The notes under the pieces: model-generated
Seen by the model: only the letters and a program-made list of their open reading frames with translations
Told to the model about the DNA's origin: nothing
The model's database searches: none
Made by a program: the position numbers and the translations under genes
Source: Paraspadella gotoi
Taxonomy: Eukaryota > Animalia > Chaetognatha
Length of the DNA: 64,000 bases
NCBI GenBank assembly: GCA_051294375.1
Contig: CM119268.1
Coordinates: 1,524,549-1,588,548, forward strand
Reading direction: 5' to 3'
Shown: piece after piece, positions 26,198-39,700 of the stretch
Numbering within the stretch: the stretch's first letter is position 1
Layout of the letters: each line of letters starts with the position of its first letter

Positions 26198-29100
26198 TTA
26201 TCTCTCTCTCTCTCTCTTTGATTTTGTTTTTAGTTACGCCGCGAGTACTCGCTCAATGAGTCACTTTTTGGTCCGTCAGTCCGTCAGTCCGTCGGTCCGT
26301 CGGTATGTCTGTCCGTCGGTCTCTTCCACTTACATTGAAAATGCTCATAAGTTGCTCCTTTGTTAAGACAGGAATAAACCTAAAATTTAAGGGACTGCTA
26401 GCGCCGCCTTCAGGAAATAAAAGACAAAAAGTCAAAAGACAAAAGACAAAATTCCGATGCTGTGCTTGTCACAAATAAATGGGCTAAGAAAGTAACGGGA
26501 GTCATGTAGTCATGTCATGTCACGTCGTCATATCATCAAATTTAACAAGGGATAGAATTTATTTCCCTTCTTTTTTTTCTTTGATTTTCTTTCTTCCTTT
26601 ATTTTCAGTCGCTAATTGTTTCTGTCATTTTGTGAATCAAACTCGAAACTTGATTAGTTGGAGGAAGTCTCACTGAGGTTGTAGACTCTACTTTCCAGTA
26701 CCCTCGACGAAACTAAGTGTCTCTCTNNNNNNNNNNNNNNNNNNNNNNNNNCTCTCCCTTTCCCTCTTTTCTCCTCCTCTACTCCAATGTCCTCTCTCTC
26801 TCTCCTCTCTACTCTCTCCCCCCTCTTCCCTCTTCCCGTCTCTCTCTTCCCCCCTCTCTCTCTCCCCCTCTCTCTCTCCCGTCCCTCTCTCTCTTTCCCC
26901 TCTCTCTCTCCGCCTCTCTCCATCTCTCCTCTCCCTCTCTTCTCCCCCCCTTCTCTCCCTCTTCCTCTCTGCTCTCTTTCTCTCTCTCTCTCTCCCTCTC
27001 TCTCTGCCCCCTCTCTTGCTCTCCCTGATACCCTCCCTCTCTTCTCCCTTCTCCCTCTCTCTCCCCCTCTCCCCTCTCTCCTCCTACCCTCTCTCTCTCC
27101 TCTCGCCTCCTGCACCACTGTTTTCTCCCCCACCCAACACCCTGCGTCCAACCGTGATTACGAAGTCAAAGGCGTTTTCCCACGAAAACGAAATTACTGC
27201 CCAAAGGAGAGAGTTTAAAAATGGCAACGAAACGAACAAGCGGAAGTGGGATGCGAGACGAATTTAAAGGAACGAGCTAGCAACACGAACCGTTCGAAGA
27301 TAAGAACGGACAAAGAAGGACATCGGACCAGAAACTATTTAAATAAATCGAATAACTCTTACACTCCAATTTTCTTCCCCCTCCTTTCTCCTCCTCTATC
27401 CACCTCCTCTTCCCCGTCCTCCTCCTCTTAAATCATCCTCTTCCCCCTCCTCCTCCTCCTCTTCCCCTCCTCCCCCTCGCTCCTCTTCATCCTCCTCTTT
27501 CCCCGCATCATCTCCTCTTCTCCTCTTCCTCTCCTCAACCTCCTTTCTCCTCTCTCTCTTCTCTTTTCTTCGCAAAACTTGATCTTCGATCTTTTTCATT
27601 AAGATTTTTTTTCCCCTCACCGCCCTCTCCCACATTCACGCTCCCGGCCTCTCTCACTCCGCATCGTCACCCGGCCTCTGTTTTATTATCACCGTTGCTG
27701 TCTCCGCTGAAATATCTGGAAGCATCTCCAAGTTGTTTCCAAGCTTTCCTATTCGGCCTCTATTTTCCCAGAATGTCCCGATTTTATCTGAAATTCGGAA
27801 TTAGTTTTAATTTTTTTTTTTTATAGGGATTAAGGATCAATAAGGATATAGTTAAGTGGTTAACGTTAGGGGCTTGTTATTCCTTTCCTCTCACCTTCTC
27901 CCCCCTCTCCCCCCTTGTCCTCCTCTCACCTTCTTATCGGGATGGTCGTAGGCGATCTGTTCTCTCTTCTCTATTCTTCCTCATCAATTCTTCGGCCTCC
28001 TCGTTTTGCGACGTCATGGATGTAGCTGACGCAGAGATTGGCGAGAACGACGGGCGCTGACGTTAACGGATGTTTGTCGTAGTGCTTTCTTCACGATCGT
28101 GTCGTAGAAAGCCCTCTGGGGGAGGAAGTAGGTGTAGGGAGGCGGGGATGGGAAATTGCGTTAGGGGATGGGTCCTCTAGAAAACTTAATAGGGTATAAC
28201 AAGGATAATTGTTAGGCGATTCAATTAATCGCGCGGATTTGTGACCAAGATTTTTTTTTTTTTTTTTGCTTTTTGTCATACATGGCAAAAAAAAACGTTT
28301 TTCAGCATGATGATACATTTTTTGAATTTAATACATTATTTTCTTCAAGCTTACTTTTTTTAATCATCTTTTGATTAATTAGACGGTCAGACAGACGCTA
28401 AAAATGTCTCATTGAGCACGTCCTCGACGAGTCTTCGAACAGCTGACATAAAAAGCTAAAAGTAAAGTAGAGGGAAGCACGAAAAAGATTTTTGACTCAA
28501 GATGAAAAAGATTTAAATCGAGCGATGAGAAGAGTAATTGAGAGCACGAGAGTGTGAAAGAGAGAGTCAGAGCGGAGAGAAGAAAGAAGGGAAAGAGAGA
28601 GAAGTAATGACGGGTGGAGAGTTAAAGTTTGATAGATTGAAGGAGAGAAAGGCAGAGCGAATGGGCTCTCTTTTCCGACGACTGCCTCATTCTCGTTGCT
28701 ATCTTAATCTTAACCCTAACCTATATAAAACCCTTTATTATTTATTTTTAACGCTAACCTCTAACCTTTAAACACTAATCCTTAAAACCTAAATCCCTAA
28801 CCAAGTTATTAAACTTATGTATTTAACTAATCTTAATCCAAACTTTTAACTTAATCTTTAACTTAAAAAAATTCATCAAAACACTGGTCCGAATTTAAAA
28901 AACAATGGGCGTTCTGAGAAAATAACGGCCGAGCGAAGTACCGAGATTCATGGTTCGGAAAACGAGAGATAAGGGGAAGGAAATTAAGAAAAGATGAAGA
29001 AGATGGTCATGAAATTGAGACAAAAACAATGTAATATTTATCCATGCATTCAGATAAAATAAGCTATTGTTCCCACTTTATAGCGAGGAAGTTGTGGGAT

Positions 29101-32100
29101 AAATCCTCCATTCCTCTTAAAAGTTAATAACATTAGCAGGACCGTCTTTCAATCGAGATTCAATTAAAGGAATTACTACTAGCTAGTTAGGTAGACTAAG
29201 TTCTGAAGTTAAGACAGAAGAAGACAAAAAGATAAACTTTTCTTTGCTTAGCGCAAGTCGCCTCCTTGATTTTGTTCTGCCTGCATAAGAGGCACGTGAG
29301 CCACATTGAGCTTCCATGTGGTCGTTTTTCGTTGGCAAGAAATCTCGACTGATTTAACGGAAGATTTTTTTGTCACAGGGCCTGGAAGAGTGAAGCTGGG
29401 AGTTTAGAAATCTGTCTATCAGTCGCTTTCCTCAACTTCCTGTCATCTCAATTCTCGACTATCATCTTTCAGTTTTTCGTTTCTCATCCTCAAGTATTTC
29501 TCTTCTCTCTCTCTCTCTCTCTAGTTTCTCGTATCTCTTAACTCTTCTCTCTCTATCTCTTCCTCTCTGCTCCTCTGTTCTATAGTAATGTCTGGCTGTC
29601 TGTTTTTTTCTCTTGTCTGGATATAGGTCTGGCGGTCTGGTCCTCACTTTATCTCTCTCTGTCTCTCTCATCCTCTGCGTTTCTCTCCCTCTCTCTCTCT
29701 CTCACGTCACCTGAAAAATTGTCCGGTCCCAAAAAATCTTGGCCTGCGCATGAGGACGGGATGTATCGCTCCGCGCGTCGTCGAAGTCGTTGACAGCTGA
29801 AAGAGGAAAGGGTGAGGCGGAAAGGGTTTAAGTTCAAGGCATTAGAGAAAAAGTTGAAGAAATAAGAAAATAGAAAAGAAATAAGGTGAAGATGAAAAGA
29901 AAGGGTCAGGGGCAAGAAAGCTTATTTATTGCATTGAATGGATAATTTTTTATATTGGTTTAAAAACTGAAATAATAAACTTGGAAATTTTTTGTCAAAA
30001 TGACAAGCGATGTGGTTTGACATGACTTGACTTGACTTGAAAGGTCATTGTCAAGCGAGGGACTACCTCACTCTCAAGCTGTTCTTAGGTCGCAGACAAC
30101 AAGAGTGCCTTGAGAGGGCTGCGTGCCTGGCAGATATGTTGTTTAAAAAGGGTGGGGAAAGAGAGAGGAAAAGAAGGGAGAGAAGAGGGGAGAGGAAAAG
30201 TGGATTGAAGAGGGGGAGGTGACCACTGAACAGTTCGGCTGGGCTGGCGCTAGCTAAGATGAAGGAAGAGAGGGATGAGGAGTGAGGGTGGGGAAAGGGG
30301 AGGAAGAGGGGGAGGTGACGCAGTTTCGGCTGGGCTGGTCCACTCCGTGACTCGAGAAACAGATCGGGAGAATTCGCCTTTCGGCTTTTCCTTTTCCTTG
30401 TTTGCTTGAGCCTCTCGTCTCTTTGGCCAATCGAAAAGGATGTCCCCTAGCACCGGAGCGTGGAGGTAGAGAGCGTACTGCTAGACAGTCGCCAGTCCGT
30501 CGTCCGTCCGCTCGCTGGTAGCGATGTCGGCATTACGAATAGTCCAAACGTCTTGACCTGCCGCATCCCACCATTCGGGTCAGACAATTCCTGACCTCAA
30601 ATTTATCTCTCCGATTAACTATTGGCTTTGTCGTCGTCGTTGGTTGTTTGTTGTTGTTTTTTGTTTCTTGTTTTGTTGCTATGTTTTGAAGTATAGACTG
30701 AGAGAAAGAGGCTGCAAAAATGCAGGCGGGGTTGTAAAGTGGTGGAGAGAAAAAAAATGAGAGGCTTGAGAAACGAATAAAGTTTTGGTTTGAAAAGGCG
30801 AGAGTTTTATAGATGGAACAAAAAAAAGACAAAAGAATAAAGAAAAAAAGAAAACAAGAAAAAAAGAAAAAAGGAAAAAATCATCAAAAAAAAATATCTT
30901 CGACGAGTTCGGTCGTCGTCGTCGTGCTCGTCGTGTTCGTCTTCATCGTCGTTTTCCGGGTCAAGAGACCCTGTTGAGTCATCTCTGGGAAAGAAGAAAA
31001 AAATATTGTTAAAAAATGAAAGGAAGAGAAAGAAGATATCTAATCGGGTATTTTCCGTTGTTTTTAAAGAATACGGGAGAAAAAAAAGAGCTCTCTTATT
31101 TTAAGCGGCACCATTTCTGTTCCTCTACCGCCAAAAGATTAATTTTTATTTCAACATTTTTAAACTAGATATTTTTTTTAACTTATAACCCTAAACGCGC
31201 TTAATGCTAATCTTTGATTTTAATCTTAATCCTGAATCCATATCTATCTAATTTTTAAGCCTAACGCTTACTTAATCGCTAACTTAATCCTTACGCTGCA
31301 AACCTATTTTAACTTAAAAGGTTAACCTTATTACGAATTTAAAAGACAACGGGGCGTTCTGCGAAAAATGAGGCGCAATAAAAGGGTGGAGAAATCTTCA
31401 GTCTGCTATAGAAGACGTAAAAAAATGAAAAACATAATAGAAGAGAAGAAAAGCTAAAGATAGAGAGAAGAAAAGGAGGAAATTGAAAATTTGCCCAAAA
31501 AGTGAAAAGAAGAGAGTTTAAAATGGACGAACGAACAAGCGGAAGGTGGGAGCGAACGAATTTAAAGAACGAGCTTAGAAACGAACGTATCAAGAAAGGA
31601 ACGGACCAAGAAAGGAACGGACCAAGAAACTATTTAAATAATGAATAAACTCTTACACTCCTTTTCTTCCCCCTCCTTTCTCCTCTCTCTTCCACCTCCT
31701 CTTCCCCGTCCTCCTCCTCTTAATCATCCACTCTTCCCCCTCCTCCTCCCTCTCTGCCCCTCCTCCCCTCCTCCTCTTCATCCTCCTCTTTCCCCGCTCA
31801 TCCTCGCTTCCTCCTCTTCCTCCTCCTCAACCTCCTTCTCCTCCTCTCTCTTCCTCTTTTCTTCGCAAACTTGATCTTCGATCTTTTTCATTAAGATTTT
31901 TTTTTCCCGCTCACCGCCTCTCACATTCACGCTCCGGCCTCTTCACCCGCTTCACCGGCCTGTTTTATTTTCACCGTTGCTGTCTCCGCTGAAATATCTG
32001 GAAGCATCTCCAAGTTTTTCCAAGCTTTCCTATTCGGCCTTATTTTCCCAGAATGCCCGATTTTATCTGAAATTCGGAATTAGTTTTAATTTTTTTTTTT

Positions 32101-33710
32101 TTAAGGGATTAAGGATCAAATTAAGGATATAGTTAAAGTGGTTAAAGTTAGGGGCTTGGTTATCTCCTTTCCCTCTCACCTTTCCTCCCTCTCCCCCCTT
32201 TCCTCCCTCTCACCTTCTTATCGGGATCGTCGTAGGCGATCTGTTCCTCCTCCTTCTCTATCTTCCTCATCAATTCTTCGGCCTCCTCGTTTTGCGACGT
32301 CATGATGTAGCTGACGCAGAGATTGGCGAGAACGACGGCGCTGACGTTAAGGATGTTGTCGTAGTGCTTCTTCACGATCGGTTCGTAGAAACCTTGGGGG
32401 GGAAGTAGGTGTAGGGAGGGGGGATGGAAATTGGGTAGGGGATGGGTCATCTAGAAAAACTTAATGGGTATAACAAGGATAATTGTTAGCGTTCAATTAA
32501 TCGCGGATTTGTGAAAGAATTTTTTTTTTTTTTTTTTTTTTGCTTTTTTCATACATGCAAAAAAAAACCTTTTTCAGATGATGATACATTTTTTTGATTT
32601 AATACATTATTTTCTTCAAGCTTACTTTTTTTAATATCTTTGATTAATTAGACGGTCAGACAGACCTAAAAATGGTCTCATTGAGCCACGTCTCGACGTC
32701 TCGAGTGAATAAAAAGTAAAAGTAAAAGTAGAGGAAGAGAAAAAAGATTTTTGACTCAAGATGAAAAAGATTTAAATCGAGAGAGAAGAGTAATTGAGAG
32801 AGAGAGGGAAAGAGAGAGAGAGAGAGAGAGAAAGAGGGAAAGAGAGAGAAAGTAATTGACAGGTGGAGAGTTAAGTTTGATAGATTGAAGGAGAGAAAGC
32901 AGAGCGAAGGGCTCTCTTTTCCGAGACTGCCTCATTTCTGTTGGCTAATCTTAATCCTTAACCCTAACCTAATATAAAACCCCTTATTATTTATTTTTAA
33001 CCCTAACCTCTAACCTTAAACACTAATCCTTAACCTAAATCCCTAACCAAGTTCATAACCTTATTTATTAACCTAATCCTTAATCCAAACTTTTAACTTA
33101 ATCTTTAACTTAAAAAAATTCATCAAACTCCGAATTTAAAACAAAATTGGGCGTTCTGAGAAAATAAGGCCGAGCGAAGTACCGAGATTCATGGTTCGAA
33201 AACGAAGAGATAAGGGGAAAGAAAATTAGAAAGATGAAGAAGATGGTCATGAAATTGAGACAAACAATGTAATATTTATCCATGCATTCAATAAATAAGC
33301 TATCTTGTTCCTCACTTATAGCAGGCAGTTGTGGGATAAATCCTCCATTCCTCTTAAAAGTTAATAACATTAGCAGGACCCTTTCAATCGAGATTCAATT
33401 AAGGAATTACTACTAGCTAGTTAGTAGATAAGTTTGAAGTTAAGACAGAAGAAGACAACAAAGATAAACCTTTTCTTTCTTACCAGTCGCCTCCTTGAAT
33501 TTGTTCTCCTGCATAAAGAGGACGTGAGCCACATTGAGCTTCCATGTGTCGTTTTCGTTGCAAAATTCGACTGATTTACGGAAGATTTTTTCCACAGCCT
33601 GGAAGAGTGAGCTGGGAGGTTAGAATCTGTCTATCAGTCGCTTTCCCCAACTTCCTGTCACATCTCAATTCTCGACTATCATCTTTCAGTTTTCGTTTCT
33701 CATCCTCAAG

Positions 33711-33753
<43 letters not shown>

Positions 33754-36700
33754 AACTCTCTCTCTCTCTATCTCTCTCTCTCTCTCTCTTTCTATCAGTA
33801 TGTCTGGCTGTCTGTTTTTTTCTCTTTGTCTGGATATAGGTCTGGCTGTCTGTCTCACTTTATCTCTCTCTGTCTCTCTCTCCCTCTGCGTTTCTCTCCC
33901 TCTCTCTCTCTCTCTCACCTGAAAATTGTCCCGGTCCCAAAAAATCTTGGCCTGCGCCATGAGGACGGGGATGTATCGCTCCAGCGCGTCGTCGAAGTCG
34001 TTGACAGCCTGAAAGAGGAAAGGGTGAGGCGAAAGGGTAAGTTCAAGCATTAGAGAAAAAGTTAGAAGAAATAAGAAAATAGAAAAGAAATAAGGTGAGA
34101 TGAAAAGAAAGGGTCAGGGGCAAGAAAGCTTATTTATTAATTGAATGGATAATTTTTATATTGGTTAAAACTGAAATAATAAACTTGAATTTTGTCAAAA
34201 ATGACAAGCGATGTGTTGACTTGACTTGACTTGACTTGAAAGGCATTCGTCCAACGAGGGACTACCTCACTCTCAAAGCTGTCTTAGGTCGCAGACAACA
34301 GTGCCTTGAGAGGCTGCTGCCAGAATGTTGTTTAAAAAGGGTGGGGAAAGAGAGAGGAAAAGAGGGAGAGAGAGGGGAAGAGGGAAAGTGGATGAAGAGG
34401 GGGAGGTGACCACTGAACAGTTCGGCTGGGCCTGGCCTACTAAGATGAAGGAAGAGAGGGAGTGAGGGAGTGAGGGGTGGGGAAAGGGGAGGAAGAGGGG
34501 GAGGTGACCAGTTCGGCTGGGCCTGGTCCACTCCGTGACTCGAGAAACAGATCGAGATTCCGCCTTTCGGCTTTTCCTTTTCCTTGTTTGCTTGAGCCTC
34601 TCGTCTCTTTTGCCATCCGAAAGGATGTCCCCCTAGCACCGCGTGGAGGTAGAGACGTACTGCTAGCACGTCAGTCCGTCCGTCCGTCCGCTCGCTGGTA
34701 GCGATGTCGGCATTACGATATCCAAACGTCCTTGACCGCCGCATCCCACCATTCGGGTCAGACAATTCCTGACCTCAATTTATCTCTCCGATTAACTATT
34801 GCTTTGTCGTCGTCGTTGTTGTTTGTTGTTGTTTTTGTTTCTTGTTGTTGCTATGTGAAGTATAGACTGAGAGAAAGAGGCTGCAAAATGCAGCGGGGTT
34901 GTAAAGTGTGGAGAGAAAAAAATGAGAGGCTGAGAAACGATAAAGTTTTGGTTTGAAAAGGCGAGAGTTTTATAGATGGAACAAAAAAAAGACAAAAGAA
35001 TAAAGAAAAAAAAGAAAACAAGAAAAAAAAAGAAAAAAAGGAAAAAAATCATCAAAAATCATCTTCGACGAGTTCGTCGTCGTCGTCGTCTTCGTCGTCG
35101 TCGTCTTCATCGTCGTTTTCGGTCAAAGACCCTGTTGACGTCATCCCTGGGAAAGAAGAAAAAAATATTTTAAAAAAATGAGGAAGAGAAAGAAGATAAT
35201 CTAATCGGGTATTTTCGTTGTAAAGAAAACGGGAGAAAAAAAAGAGCTCTCTATTTTAAAAGCGGCACATTTCTGTTCCTCTACCCCAAAAATTAATTTT
35301 TATTNNNNNNNNNNNNNNNNNNNNNNNNNNNNNNNNNNNNNNNNNNNNNNNNNNNNNNNNNNNNNNNNNNNNNNNNNNNNNNNNNNNNNNNNNNNNNNNN
35401 NNNNNNNNNNNNNNNNNNNNNNNNNNNNNNNNNNNTCAACATTTTTAAACTAGATATTTTTTTTAACTTATAACCCTAAACGCGCTTAATGCTAATCTTT
35501 GATTTTAATCTTAATCCTGAATCCATATCTATCTAATTTTTAAGCCTAACGCTTACTTAATCGCTAACTTAATCCTTACGCTGCAAACCTATTTTAACTT
35601 AAAAGGTTAACCTTATTACGAATTTAAAAGACAACGGGGCGTTCTGCGAAAAATGAGGCGCAATAAAAGGGTGGAGAAATCTTCAGTCTGCTATAGAAGA
35701 CGTAAAAAAATGAAAAACATAATAGAAGAGAAGAAAAGCTAAAGATAGAGAGAAGAAAAGGAGGAAATTGAAAATTTGCCCAAAAAGTGAAAAAGAGATG
35801 ATTAACCTTTGCCACGCCTCTTTAAAGGTCGTTGGTTCGAGCCGAGTTCACAATCGTCTTCTCTTTCTTTTTCACAAACTATTTTTTTTCTTTTCTTTTT
35901 TTTTTCTTTTCTTTTTTTCTCTATTTTACTGAAATATTTTCTTAGACGTTAAATCTAATCAAATTGAACACAATTTTAAATGTAACTCCTTTACAATTCG
36001 TTCGTAAATGCTTATCACATTGTTACATGATATGATTCCGGCTCAAATCGCTGCTCAAATCACCTAAAAATTCAATTACATNNNNNNNNNNNNNNNNNNN
36101 NNNNNNNNNNNNNNNNNNNNNNNNNNNNNNNNNNNNNNNNNNNNNNNNNNNNNNNNNNNNNNNNNNNNNNNNNNNNNNNNNNNNNNNNNNNNNNNNNNNN
36201 NNNNNNNNNNNNNNNNNNNNNNNNNNNNNNNNNNNNNNNNNNNNNNNNNNNNNNNNNNNNNNNNNNNNNNNNNNNNNNNNNNNNNCTCAAATCCGCATTG
36301 CTCAAATCACCCTAAAATTCAATCTACATCCGGGGTAGACAACTTTTCCTTCGTTCGACGCACGATTTCCTATTCAATTCGATTCACAAAAAAAAAAAAA
36401 AAAAAAAACAAACAGAAACCTCAATCCACTTTTTTTGTTTTTTTGGTTTTTTTCTCAATATATTTCTTTTTTTTTCTACTGCTGCGCAGTTGTTTTTTTT
36501 TTTTTTTTTTCCTTTCCACTTTTGTCATTTTCGTATTTGGTATTTTTCCGTTGAGAACTCGTGGCGCCACCGACAGGCGCCGCGTTATTCCATTCAGAGA
36601 TCATCGTCGTCGTCGTCGCTTTTGTCGTCGTCGTCGTCGCCGCCATTTTGAAATTGATTTTTAGCTCTTGACGTCAGATTTCGTCTGTTCTCACCTTTGA

Positions 36701-39700
36701 GATTCTCATAATCGAGAGCGACCGTTTTTTTTTTTTTTTTTGTTTTGTTTTGTTTTGTTCGGTTGTCAAAATCGTCGTCGTGTTTCTTTGCCTCTTGACA
36801 ATTAGGAGGGTTTTCATTTGTTCATCTCTTTCACGGTTTTTCACTTTGTTTGTTTACTTTTTGGGCGGAGTTTAGTTTTTTGTTTGTTTACGCTTTTGAT
36901 AGTTTTAGTCTTTAGCACCGTTACCTTTTTTTGTTGACTTTTTTTATTTTGTTCGTCAATATCTTTTTAACGGTCATTTGTTTGTTTAACCTTTTGACTG
37001 TTTCAAGTCTTTTGTTTGTTTACCTTTTTGACGGCGTCGTCTTCGTGACTCTGTCTCGCATCTTGCACGTTTTTCGTTAGACTTCTCAGCGTCTCAGTTT
37101 GTTTCGTCGCCATCTCGTCCAACTTCCGGTACGCCTCCTCCTGAAAACGAGAAGAGAATCAATTGAAAGTTATTAAGAATATCATTAGTGAATTAAATGA
37201 TTAATTAAACTTAACTTTCAAACAATATTAAAATGCCTTCGAGGCAGAGAAAAATTATTTCATGAGGGATTTGATATTAAACATCGTTCGCGACCATCAC
37301 ATGTAATCATCCAGTTATATCAATCAAAAATATCACAAATAAAGTTAAAATTAAAAATGTTAAAAGCTTCGAAACGTCCGACAAATCTTTGATCCCGAAA
37401 AAACAGTCCTTTCATCGTGAATCTAAATTGGCAACAAATATTTTTTTTCGCTTTGGTCATTCCAGGTCCAAAGATTTAATCTCGAACAATTAACAAGAAC
37501 AGTAATTCCAATTTGTTGCGCTGAAGTTACTTATAGCGTTTATTTCCGCGTGAAAAAAAATTTTAAAATTAGCCAAGGGAAGTCCCCAGTTGGAGTGTGA
37601 CTATGGAGTGTGACTAGTTTCACGAATGGGTTCTTTCTGTACCAAAAGTCGACAAAGGCTTACAAAGGCGACAGGTCAGGCAGTGAAAGAGCGTTCGTAT
37701 GCCGAACAGAGCGACCGACCGACCGACCTAGCGACAGACCGACGGACGACAGAGTGCTGCCGTAAGGGCCAAACTAAAAAGTAAGTTCTCAACTCACGCC
37801 ATTCATCCTCATACTCCGCCCCCCTCTAGTCGCGCCCACCCCACCCTTCTCCCCCAACTCGCCGCTGATGTCTGCTGAGTAATCTTGGCCTCTAAAAACT
37901 CGAAGAGGTAAGTTATCCAGATATTTGTAGGTGAGGTGAGGGTTTTCGGCGAGAACGTCCGCGGCGAGGTCGTAGTATTCGTACTTGATGTAGAGGAGCA
38001 GTAGGTTGGCGAAGGTCTCCGGGGGAAAGGGGTTTCGCTGGAGGAGGAACTGGAGCTTCTCGAATCCGGAGGTCGGGTCCTTTTCCATGTTAATCAGGGC
38101 CTGAGAGGAGGTAAGGTGGAGGTGGGGGGTTGACATTAGGATTAACATTCTAACTTGTTGGACAAGCCCGTGTAAATGAGGTACAAGAGGCATAACAATA
38201 TATTATATAATATTATATAATATATTAGAGACAGTTTGAGTTTAGTTTTGACAACGATTTTATTTAATTCAAAAACAGACATGTTTCGGCTTCATTTGGC
38301 TTGAAATGAAGCCGAAACATGTCTGTTTTTGAATTAAATAAAATCGTTGTCAAAACTAAACTCAAACTGTCTCTAATCATCCCAAACAACGAAAAGAAAG
38401 GATTTATATCACAATATATAATATATATAATTATATATATATACCTGAAGAACGGGTCTCATTTTCATTTTCTCATAAAATAGACATCCGATGTGATGAG
38501 AACAAAAAAGTGATGAGATGACTCTCCCCCCTCGGACATTGTGGGGACCCACAACTAAAACAGCAACATCAACCTGATTGTGAAGGGTGATGGGGTCGAG
38601 CTCCTCTTCGGCTCGAGGCGGCATGTCAGTCAAGGCCTCCGACGCCGCGTCCAAGTTCTTTAACTGATACTCGATCGATGCCTGAGGTTAAAAAAAATAT
38701 ATATTTATATATATATATATATCGTTTATGTATGTGCAATGTATTAAAGTATGTCTCAAACAGGATGAATATTTAAATAGACTTATTCCGAAATATGAAG
38801 CCTTGATCAAAGCCGCCTCATCCAGGATGAGTAACACTCCTTACCTTTTTGTTAAGTTGCCTGCACAAAGAAGATAATAAAAGCCTCGATCACACGATGA
38901 TTACTCCTACTATGGCAAAACTCCTTTCGCTTTACCTTGAGATTAAAAGCCTCGATCAACGACATTCTCACAATACCTACCTAAAAAGCCCGTCAAGATG
39001 TCACAGGGATCTTTCTTACTTGAGTATTAAAAACCCTCAACAAGACAAACATGGTTCTCCTACAAGGCGAATGCCTTTCGCTTACCTTGAGCATTCAAAA
39101 ATCCTCCAACAACGATGTCTGCCTCACAAGGCGAATGGCCCTTTCCTTTACCTTTGAGATTAAGATCCTCGATCAAACAGAGTTCTCCTCAAGGCGAATG
39201 GGCCTTTCCTTTACCTTGAGATAAAAAGCCTCATCAACAATGTTCTCGCTACAAAGGCGAATGCCCTTTCCTTACCTTGAGATTAAAATGCCTCAGACAA
39301 CAATTTCTCCTACAAGCGCGAATGCCTTTCCTCTACCTTTGAAGATTAAATCCTCAAACAAATGTTCCGCTACAAATGTTTCTCCTTGGTAACCGAATCA
39401 CGTATCCCAAGGCCGAGCTTCTTACTTGATAAATGTAGAGTCACAAGGCGATCTTCCTTACCTTGAGCATTAAAAATCGCTCAGAACAACAAATTCTCTA
39501 CACAGAAAGGAAATGCCTTTCCTTTACCTTCGAGCATTAAAAATGCCTCAAATCAAACGAGTTTCTCCTCAAGGCAAGATTTACTTTCCTTACCTTGCGA
39601 TTAAAAGCCTCGATCAACAACGATTCCTACAAGGCAAATGCTATCCTACCTGAGATAAAAGTCCATCGATCAACATGCATTTCTCCTACAGAGGCGGAAT

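Noticed and set aside
37863-38100. IFT70 as a pseudogene because of the frameshift
   Set aside because: It is a single indel in an error-prone assembly, while the other 12 exons are intact and strongly conserved.
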